Positions 27,581 to 35,700 of a stretch of DNA of 58,766 nt are shown here, piece after piece (positions within the stretch are counted from its first letter, which is position 1; each line of letters starts with the position of its first letter). The notes below the pieces were generated by a model that was not told where the DNA came from, made no database searches, and saw only the letters and a program-made list of their open reading frames with translations. Both the position numbers and the translations under genes were made by a program. The stretch comes from Candidatus Uhrbacteria bacterium (GTDB lineage: Bacteria; Patescibacteriota; Patescibacteriia; 2-12-FULL-60-25), in contig SICT01000001.1 of assembly GCA_009691315.1 (NCBI GenBank), forward strand, positions 1-58,766. Direction: 5' to 3'.

Positions 27581-29626
27581 TTATTCTTGTTTGTTGCGCG
27601 GTTTAAGAAATAACCAACCATTTTTCGCGATGGGTGTACCCGCCAAAAATCGCAAGATCGTCCGACTGGATACAACGGCCGTAAAAAGAGAGATGAGCGT
27701 ACCAATGGCGAGCGTGAGCGCGAATCCCTTAATCATGGATGAGGAGAACCAATACAACACGGCACACGAAATCAAAACCGTCGCGTGTCCGTCTCGAATC
27801 GATAACCAAGCACGTTTAAACGCATCTTCAAGTGCCAGCGTAAGTCCTTTCCCTTCCATCCATTCCTCTTTCAACCGTTCAAACACAAGCACATTCGCAT
27901 CAACCGCAATGCCCAATGACAGAATAAATCCTGCAATGCCAGAAAGGCTCAAGGTTACGGGAATCATTTTGAACACCGCGGCAGAAACGGCCGCATACAA
28001 AAGAAGTGCAACAATCGAGACAACCCCTGGCAAACGATAGAGCGCGATCATGTACAAGGCGACCAGCAAAAATCCGATCAGTCCAGCTTTCAAAGATTTT
28101 TGCAAAGAATCTGCGCCAAGCGTTGGTCCGACGGTTTGTTGGGCAATCAATTTAATCGCGACCGGAAGCGCACCGGCCTGCAAACGCTGAGCAAGAAGTT
28201 TCGCTTCATTCAAATTAAAACTTCCAGTAATCACCGCTTGCCCGCCCAAAATTTCATTCTGTACGGTTGGGACGGAAATCGGCTGACCATCCAAAAAGAT
28301 GGCGACCGATTTGCCCACATTGCGTTTGGTGATGTCCGCGAATAGTTTTCCGCCTTCGCTATTAAATTGAAGAGCGATCTGGATCGCACCCGTGCGCTGA
28401 TCAAACTCGACACGCGCTGACTGCAATTGTTTTCCGGTCAGAGCTGTTGCTTTCCAAGGATCAACCGGCGGCGCAAGATCTTCTGGTGTCAATTTTTTGA
28501 TTTCAATCAAACGCACATGAACGTCCTTCACAGGTCGTTCCTCCAACTTCCAAATAATGTGAAAACCAAATGGTGTTTCCACGACATCAGAAATAGTCCC
28601 GACTTTCTGAACAAATACCACTTTCTCGAATTCATCCACCATATCTCCTTTCCCAAACCAACTCAGATCACCTTTTGATTCGACCGCTCCAGGCTCCTGG
28701 GAATTTTCTGCAACCAATTTATCAAAATTCGCCTGGGTGATTTGCGCCTTTATCTTATCAATCTTGGCTCGCGCTTCCTCTTTCGTATAAGTCGAAAGAT
28801 CACCACGTGCACCTTTATAACTGATCAGTACATGTTTGGCATGAATTTGGGTTCCTGCATCTTTTACCTCTTCCACTTTCGCGATCGTTAAATAATGTGG
28901 ACGCTCAATCGGCAATGGCAAAACCGTTCCCGCTGGCAAATCTTTGGCTTTAGAATAAATATCGCTGACTTCAGATTTATCCTTAATAAAACCCAAATCA
29001 CCACCAGACTCTTTTAACGCAGGATTTTCCGTTTTTTCTTTGGCCAGCGCAGCAAAGTCTGTACCTGGTTTTTTTGCCTGCATCAAAATTTGATCAACGC
29101 GTTTGTTCGCATCCACATTTGTCTGATCCATCTCCTTTTTCTGTTCTTCGGTCAACACCGGCGTTTTCTGATCATTCTGTTCTTTAAATTCCAAAATTGG
29201 CGTTTCCCCAATCAACTTAATTGCTTGATTGATATCGCGGATACCGGCCAGTTCGACCGTCACGCGCCAGGCATTGCCCGCTTGAGTCGTTTGAATGAGC
29301 GGTTCAGAAACGCCAAGCGTATTCACACGACGCTCAATCACATCACGCACCCCATCAAGTGCACTTTTACGATCCGCATCCGCTTGCTTGGAAACATCTG
29401 CCTCATATTCCAAGTGCGTACCACCTTGAAGATCAAGCCCAAGCACAAATGGTTTCTGAATTTGACCCAAGTTGATCCCAATAAGACTTTTTGCTTGAGC
29501 AAGCAGCCAATTCGCTGGAGCCGGATAGGACAAAGAACCCGTCACAATAAACAAAACGAGAAGCCACAGAATGCGGTTACGAATGGTTCGCTTAGATTGA
29601 ATGGGGTTTCTTTTCAGAGGAGGCAT
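27581..29626 (-). CDS. secD: Protein translocase subunit SecD carrying an inserted tandem parvulin-like region
   Basis: LGLDLQGGTHLEYE..., ...RRVNTLGVSEPLIQ... and ...VAIFLDGQPISVPTVQNEILGGQAVITGSF...LAQRLQAGALP plus the C-terminal TM bundle identify SecD. It is 681 aa because of an insert at aa ~150-385. Confidence 0.93.
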   Translation of the reverse strand: MPPLKRNPIQSKRTIRNRILWLLVLFIVTGSLSYPAPANWLLAQAKSLIGINLGQIQKPFVLGLDLQGGTHLEYEADVSKQADADRKSALDGVRDVIERRVNTLGVSEPLIQTTQAGNAWRVTVELAGIRDINQAIKLIGETPILEFKEQNDQKTPVLTEEQKKEMDQTNVDANKRVDQILMQAKKPGTDFAALAKEKTENPALKESGGDLGFIKDKSEVSDIYSKAKDLPAGTVLPLPIERPHYLTIAKVEEVKDAGTQIHAKHVLISYKGARGDLSTYTKEEARAKIDKIKAQITQANFDKLVAENSQEPGAVESKGDLSWFGKGDMVDEFEKVVFVQKVGTISDVVETPFGFHIIWKLEERPVKDVHVRLIEIKKLTPEDLAPPVDPWKATALTGKQLQSARVEFDQRTGAIQIALQFNSEGGKLFADITKRNVGKSVAIFLDGQPISVPTVQNEILGGQAVITGSFNLNEAKLLAQRLQAGALPVAIKLIAQQTVGPTLGADSLQKSLKAGLIGFLLVALYMIALYRLPGVVSIVALLLYAAVSAAVFKMIPVTLSLSGIAGFILSLGIAVDANVLVFERLKEEWMEGKGLTLALEDAFKRAWLSIRDGHATVLISCAVLYWFSSSMIKGFALTLAIGTLISLFTAVVSSRTILRFLAGTPIAKNGWLFLKPRNKQE
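28538..28852 (-). other. Parvulin-type (PpiC/rotamase) PPIase module embedded in the SecD periplasmic domain
   Basis: IHAKHVLISYKG...ANFDKLVAENSQEPGAVESKGDLSWFGKGDMVDEFEKVVF...GTISDVVETPFGFHIIWKLE is collinear with the E. coli PpiC pattern (HILV...ADFGKLAKKHS.CPS...GGDLG.F..G.MV..FD.VVF......P..T.FGYHIIKV). A degenerate second copy lies just upstream (aa ~175-252). Confidence 0.85.
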
Positions 29627-29638
29627 ACGGGTCCAAAA

Positions 29639-30421
29639 TTAGTTTGAAACGATGGGATTGAGTTTGGGCGGCATCTTACGCATTAACCACCATTGTTGCA
29701 ACCAAGTAAGCACACTCATCACAAACCAGTAAAGGGTGAGCCCGCCAGGCAAAGAAAACCCGATCACTGCCGTCATGATGGGCATGATATAGGCCATCTG
29801 CTTATTCATCATGGTGGCCATACTTTCGTCTTTGGCGCCTGTCGTTCCTGCGACTTCCGCGGGCGGAGAGGTAATGGTCGCGGCCGGTGGTTTTAAAATC
29901 TGTTTGGTTTGGAAAAATTGGACGATGGCCGCAGCAATAGCCAACACCGGACTTGCCTTAGCCAGATTGATCAAACCAAATAGCGTTGGATCAATGTGTG
30001 AGGGATGTGGAATAAATCCGTACAACAACCCTTCAAAACTACTTGAGCCCAATCCAATGATCAACGCGCGATACAATGCCAAGAGTACAGGCAGTTGAAT
30101 CAACAGCGGCAAACAGGAAGAGGCTGGATTAACCTTTTCTTTCGCATACAACGCCATGAGCTCACGCGCCTGCTCTTCTTTTTGATCTTTCTCTTTTAAA
30201 CGTTTCCGAATCTCATCAATTTTTGGTTGGAGTTCCTGCAACGCGCGCTGTTGCTTGATCTGTGCGACGGTAAACGGATAGAGAACAAATTTGATGATGA
30301 TGGTCAGCAAAATAATGGCAATACCAATATCCTGACCCGGCACCACGCTATACAACCAAATCAAAACATTCAAAATTGGTTGAACAAATATGAACGTAAA
30401 CCAATGGGAAATAAAGGACAT
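29639..30421 (-). CDS. yidC: Membrane protein insertase YidC (short, Gram-positive/Oxa1-like form)
   Basis: The 260-aa product starts ...FIFVQPILNVLIWLY.... A coiled basic loop (RKRLKEKDQKEEQAREL...YAKEKVNP) lies between TM1 and TM2, and PLLIQLPVLLALY is present. Confidence 0.88.
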   Translation of the reverse strand: MSFISHWFTFIFVQPILNVLIWLYSVVPGQDIGIAIILLTIIIKFVLYPFTVAQIKQQRALQELQPKIDEIRKRLKEKDQKEEQARELMALYAKEKVNPASSCLPLLIQLPVLLALYRALIIGLGSSSFEGLLYGFIPHPSHIDPTLFGLINLAKASPVLAIAAAIVQFFQTKQILKPPAATITSPPAEVAGTTGAKDESMATMMNKQMAYIMPIMTAVIGFSLPGGLTLYWFVMSVLTWLQQWWLMRKMPPKLNPIVSN

Positions 30422-30429
30422 ACCAAGCG

Positions 30430-31722
30430 TTAGGCCTTAGGCGTTAAGTTCTCGACTTCAGACTCAGACACTGATCCTTCTTCTGACGGAACAACCGGGG
30501 CCACAAATTCTCCCTTCTCTGAATCTGCGACCGCTTCCCCACCTTCTTTGACGATCGTGATACGCCAGCCAGTCAGTTTTGCCGCGAGCCTAACATTCTG
30601 ACCGCCTTTACCAATGGCAAGCGATAGCTGATCCGGAGCGACGTGTGCATGCGCAAGATGCTCTGCCTCATCTAAATGTACTTTGATAACTGGTGCCGGC
30701 TTGAGCGCTTCTTGAATAAATCTTGCTGGATTATCACTCCATTCAATCACATCAACTTTTTCCCCACCGAGCTCACGATTAATCATTTGGATACGCGTTC
30801 CGCGCTGACCAATACATGAACCGATCGGATCAATCGCAGGATCGTTCGTTGTCACGGCGATCTTGGTGCGTGAACCAGCTTCGCGCTCAATCGCTTTAAT
30901 TTCCACAACCCCATTTGCAATTTCGGGAATCTCCTGCGTGAACAAACCAACAACTAATTGAGGACTGGTTCGTGACAAACGAATTTCCGGACCTTTGGTC
31001 GTCATGACCACTTCACGCAAAATCACTTTCATACGCTTACCCCGATCATAACGTTCAAATTCAATCTGATCTTCTGGAACCATGATCCCAGAAGTTCGAC
31101 CGAAATCAATAATCACCAAACGCCCTTCACGACGCTGAACCGTGACATTCATGAGCTCACCTTCACGACCCTTGAAATCACTAAAGATCACCTCACGCTC
31201 TGCCTCACGAATTTTTTGCAAGATAATTTGTTTAGCTGTTTGTGCAGCCATGCGACCAAATGCCGCTGGCACCGTGAGTTCCACGCGAATTTCTTCCGCG
31301 AGCGCGGCGTCCGCTTTAATATCACGCGCGTCAGACAACATAATCATGGTCTTCGGTTTGAACTTAAATTCATCCTCAACAACCACTCCATCGACAGGCG
31401 CTTGCTCAGACACGATGGTTACGCGCGACGGCCGTCCGTCTTCCCGTTTCTTTGTCGCATACGATGCTTCAAACCGCTCAAAATAATCTTCCGGCAATTC
31501 CATATCCTCAACCACTTCTTTCACATCAAATACGCGGATCCCGCCAGTTTGCCCATCATATTTTTCCGAATCAAACTCCACGCGAATATTCTGATTCTTA
31601 TTGCCAAAATCTTTTCGAAACGCCGCGGCAAGCGCACTCTCAACCGTCTCGAGTACGGATTCATAAGAAATATTCTTCTCTTCAGCGATTTGTTTCATCG
31701 CTTGGGTGATGGGTGAAGCCAT
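30430..31722 (-). CDS. nusA: Transcription termination/antitermination factor NusA
   Basis: I trimmed the ORF to the ATG at 31722. It has the N-terminal domain, an S1 domain and two KH domains (IGQRGTRIQ and IGKGGQNVRLA). Confidence 0.92.
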   Translation of the reverse strand: MASPITQAMKQIAEEKNISYESVLETVESALAAAFRKDFGNKNQNIRVEFDSEKYDGQTGGIRVFDVKEVVEDMELPEDYFERFEASYATKKREDGRPSRVTIVSEQAPVDGVVVEDEFKFKPKTMIMLSDARDIKADAALAEEIRVELTVPAAFGRMAAQTAKQIILQKIREAEREVIFSDFKGREGELMNVTVQRREGRLVIIDFGRTSGIMVPEDQIEFERYDRGKRMKVILREVVMTTKGPEIRLSRTSPQLVVGLFTQEIPEIANGVVEIKAIEREAGSRTKIAVTTNDPAIDPIGSCIGQRGTRIQMINRELGGEKVDVIEWSDNPARFIQEALKPAPVIKVHLDEAEHLAHAHVAPDQLSLAIGKGGQNVRLAAKLTGWRITIVKEGGEAVADSEKGEFVAPVVPSEEGSVSESEVENLTPKA

Positions 31723-31783
31723 AGGTAGGAATATAAAAAGGGTAAAATAAGACCCGTCCTTCCAGAACGAGTCAATGGGCAAT

Positions 31784-31812
31784 AGGATAGGGGAAAAGGA
31801 AAAGCCTGTCAA
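31784..31812 (-). promoter_or_regulatory. Sigma-70-like promoter for the nusA operon
   Basis: The minus strand reads TTGACA-N17-TATCCT. Confidence 0.45.
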
Positions 31813-31832
31813 ATCTGCACTCACATATATTG

Positions 31833-31854
31833 GGACCTGGTCCGGACCAGGTCC
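31833..31854. promoter_or_regulatory. 22-bp perfect palindrome between divergent promoters
   Basis: The site is ggacctggtcc|ggaccaggtcc. It lies 21 nt upstream of the predicted nusA -35 and 40 nt upstream of the predicted -35 of the lipoprotein gene. Confidence 0.7.
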
Positions 31855-31893
31855 GGGGGTAGTTTATCCACAAGGTGATCTATTCTCTTATCC

Positions 31894-31922
31894 TTGACCT
31901 TTGTTTGACTATTTGCTTAACT
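31894..31922 (+). promoter_or_regulatory. Sigma-70-like promoter for the Met/Cys-rich lipoprotein gene
   Basis: The signal is TTGACC-N17-TTAACT. It is followed by a ~110-nt leader with several short hairpins. Confidence 0.4.
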
Positions 31923-32035
31923 CTGTCTTCCGGAGTAATCTGGAGTTAAGCGAAGCGGGATCAATGTGGTCCCGCCTCGATGCACCTCGAGAAAAAATCC
32001 GACCTGCGACAGCGGGCGGTAGAAAGGGACTGAAA

Positions 32036-32680
32036 ATGATGATCCGAAACGTCTCTCTCCTCTGCCTCGCGCTCGCCGCAGGTTCGGCCTGCAGCGCCCC
32101 GGACATGATGCCCCCACCCGGAATGATGGGTGACGGGCCGGACATGGCCAAGGTCGTTCCTCCGGGATCCGACCTCGCCGGCATGATGATGACCGGCGGC
32201 GACATGGTGATGAACGCCAATGCCTGTGCTTCTTGCGTCATGGGTCAGACCATGCTGAAGGATTGCATGGACATGATCAGTTACTGCATGGACAAGGCTA
32301 CGGACACGAACCAGTGCCCCAAGACCTGTTCATGCGGTTTCGACCTCCCAGGCGGGGAGTGTCCCATGGGCAAGCCATTCAACTGGACCATGCAAGTCGT
32401 GGGCCAGACCTGGTCGTGCGATGGTCAGCCTGCGTTCGAACCCAAACAGTTGAGCCAGGATGGCGAGCCACTACGCGTGGACTTCCACATGGGCGGTGAT
32501 ACTAATCACGCGACTTGTGTGGGAGACTCATGCTGGTACCGAGCATCATATTCCCCACTTCTTAAGGTGGCGCGTGTTCGATTCACGAGTGCAACTTCGG
32601 CCGTGATCGAATCGTGGCCCAAAGGCTGGGACGTTTCGACGAAACCTGGAGGTATCGTCGGTAATTGTACGCAGTTCTAA
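32036..32680 (+). CDS. Met- and Cys-rich lipoprotein (putative metal-binding)
   Basis: I trimmed the ORF to the ATG-ATG at 32036, which is preceded by aaaggga. MMIRNVSLLCLALAAGSAC has a lipobox. It is followed by MMPPPGMMGDGPDM...AGMMMTGGDMVM and many Cys. The gene is GC-rich. Confidence 0.65.
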   Translation: MMIRNVSLLCLALAAGSACSAPDMMPPPGMMGDGPDMAKVVPPGSDLAGMMMTGGDMVMNANACASCVMGQTMLKDCMDMISYCMDKATDTNQCPKTCSCGFDLPGGECPMGKPFNWTMQVVGQTWSCDGQPAFEPKQLSQDGEPLRVDFHMGGDTNHATCVGDSCWYRASYSPLLKVARVRFTSATSAVIESWPKGWDVSTKPGGIVGNCTQF

Positions 32681-32711
32681 TCCAGTCTCGCCAGTTGTAC
32701 CTTGCTTCTTT

Positions 32712-32742
32712 CCCCTCCGACTTTGCTCGCGAGGGGTTTTTT
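32712..32742 (+). terminator. Terminator-like hairpin in the convergent spacer
   Basis: The stem cccctc-N13-gagggg is followed by tttttt. Confidence 0.45.
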
Positions 32743-32751
32743 AATTTAATC

Positions 32752-35700
32752 CTAACCTATTGTTTCTGCACAAATATCATTAAAGATTACACAACCCACG
32801 GGACAATGAGGTGCTGAATACTCCTTACAATTTCTGAGTCCACAGTATGGATTGTTAACATCAGTATTAACACAACCAATGGGACAATTAGGTTTTTTGT
32901 ACGCACTGCAATTAGGTCCTGGTTGAGGTGTTTTGGACTTAAGATTCTCATCTTCCTGTGTTTGCAATTCACCACTTGAACGTAGTTGCAATGATCCTGG
33001 ATACACGATCCAAGGACGATAGTTCTGCGTATATCCACTATTCAAACTCTGAAAATCTGGATTTGTTGAATTGCATTCGTTATTCAATAGCCTACCGAAT
33101 GTTGCCCGCACCTCGTTAGTAGATTTAATTGTACCTTCTCGTATTCCATCAGCTAGTCCCCAAGAATAACAGCCACCATATGGATGTAAAACTTCATTAT
33201 CAGATCCATCATCCTGTAACTGATTATCTTTAATCTTGGTCCGACACTCTCCTGAACACCAGCCCCAATTATCTTGCAGCATAACGCGCGGAGTAAAGCG
33301 GCATGCATTTACTTTTTTATCCCAACAACCACGGTTTGGAGCCAATCCCGTTGGAATACAGATGTCCCCTGCTGCACAACGGAGTGGGATATTGCCTATT
33401 TCCTGTTGCGGTGTTGTACAACCGCGATTCGGATCTCGGGAACAACGTCCTTCCAAAAATTTCTTCGGTTCTTGCTGTTGATTCACAGGCCACTCAAATT
33501 CGCACGCGGGCAGATCGCCCGTGCCGCCGCAATAGTATTGGTGGCTGAATTCGAAATAATTGGGCTGGCAAGCCTCACCACTATTACCGAAGAACGTACG
33601 GTATATACATTGATCTTTAGCTTTGCCAATCGTGCAATCAGAGTCAGAATGACAAGTTTTGTATTGTTTTTTGGAACAGGTGCCGAGCGGCGCACAACGA
33701 CCCGCACCAGCGGGACAATCAACATCCGTATTGCAGGTGATTCCCCATCCGCGGATCGGATCATCACACTCGCTCTGAGTTGCGCAGAATGGTTTATGAT
33801 TTTTCAAGCTTGCATCAGCAATTTTTTGCTGAAACCCATCCCCCCAATCAACGGTCACGTTCTTGAGCGGCATCTGCTCATGACTGGCCCAACCATAAAA
33901 CTTGAGAGAGGCTTTATGCTGACCGCCAGCAGCATTCACAGCACCATCGGATTGACCATCAAAAGAGAACATATCTAAGCGTTGAATGGAGCATTGGCCA
34001 GGCGTGTCACACTTGCGGGCATCAGGTGCCGCAATCCGTGGTGGATGAGGGGTGTAGTAGGCAATGGTGTCAGTGAATTGCTGAATCCGAGGAACATCTG
34101 CTGGAATAGGATCATAGCCTAAAAATTGAGGGGTGTAGTGCCCAGGTGTGACATTGGTCGGAGGAAGGTTATCCGAAAGGAACGGATCCAAACCTTCTTG
34201 TTTGCCGTTTATGTTCTTCGTAAAATTATAAACTGTTAATCCGCACGATTCATCGCTTGGATCCGGACATTGTTTTATATCGGGTTGATATTCGGTTCCG
34301 GTCCATTGATATATGCGATAAATTTTGGCGAACAGATTTGTCAGATAGTGCCAAGATCTGCCATAAGGAGGGACATTGAGCTCAACGAATCCTTTTGGAT
34401 CATTTGGATCAGGCACTTTACAGCACGTTTCTTTTCGAAAGAAACTCCCGATTCCGGCACCCAAGAAAGTTGGTGGCTTCAGGGAAGAGAATCCAGCCAC
34501 ATTCCCACCGCTTTGGAACAACGGATCTGTTCCAGCCGGTCCGGTATTTAACGCGCTCGAAAATGGGGCGAAACGAGAACCATATTGAAATCCAACACCG
34601 GGAGCCGTAAAATTTCCGTTCTTCCACACACGATCGGTAAAAGCGGCATTTTGACGAGAGTCACGACTGATGACTTCCGCGAGTTGCGTACAAATACTCC
34701 CATAATTAACCTTGATATTCATATAGATATATCTCATATCATTTGCCTGACCTCCACAGGTCGAGACCCAAAATCCCTGTAAACTCCACGGGCCATTGAC
34801 AGCTTTAGACTGAAACACCCCCCGAATGGAAAAGTAAGGTTTATCACTGGTACATTTTTCCGTATAAGCAGTTGATCGAATATGACTTAATTGACGTTTG
34901 ACACTGCTGGCATCAGGCGGATCAAACGGTTTCAGCGAATCTTTAAAGAGAGAAATGAAGTTTGTTTGCCCGCTACTCCGATAATCCGTTTGCCAAGTCT
35001 TCATAAAGCACTTGCCTGGCTCATTCACACAATCCACTTCCAAAGGTTGCCCTTGAGATCCTTTGAACAGGGTATCAGCTCCTCGACCCAGAATAGGCTT
35101 ATAGTTCTCAAAAAATTTCTGTCGCCATTCCACATCCTTGGCCTTGGTGCTATCCCCTTCATTATAATCTACCTCCCCTAAGCCATCGACCCAGTCCGCT
35201 TGATATCCGCAGGCTAAACGGCCCATATCATTTGGATTTTCGATCGGGGAAATGCTGATATAGGCCAGGCTCTTATCTTTATTGTCCCCACCATTGAATT
35301 CTAGTATTGGTTTCTCCAATTGAAAAAATGTTTCGGTATAACTTTGATCTGGACTACTTCCAGCATCAACCAAACGTACAGCCGAAAGATCACGGTCATT
35401 GTCTCCCTCATCTTGATCATCATCTGCCAACTCACACTGCTCGGCGTTTGGACTGAATTCAGGACGATCCCCCACGAGCGAAGCACCTGGATATCCCCCA
35501 ACGGCCGAGTCTCTGCCATTTGATGTGAAATTATCATCGTAATTGAATTTGAACATACTCCCAGCATAATTAGAGTCTGGCTTACCTTCATTCTGCTTTT
35601 TTTCATCATGTTCACCAACAAAATCCACATCCGTTAAAGAACGCGCGCTCGGTGGATCAGCTTTTGATAAACAGTAGTACTGGCCTGAATTTTCTGGCGG

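Noticed and set aside
27420-28040. A 206-aa plus-strand ORF spanning the secF/secD junction.
   Set aside because: It is antisense to two strongly supported translocase genes and has no motif.
31901-32035. N-terminal extensions offered by the ORF track. Examples are 31901 for the lipoprotein, 12800 for the coiled-coil protein, 13839 for mnmA, 15824 for rlmN, 23703 for purQ, 26480 for purL, 31824 for nusA, 47620 for gdh, 7202 for infA, 5814 for rpsD and 53112 for truB.
   Set aside because: In each case the extension overlaps the upstream gene or starts at a non-ATG codon. The family-typical N-terminus, signal peptide or lipobox begins at an internal ATG, often as an ATGA overlap or after an RBS.
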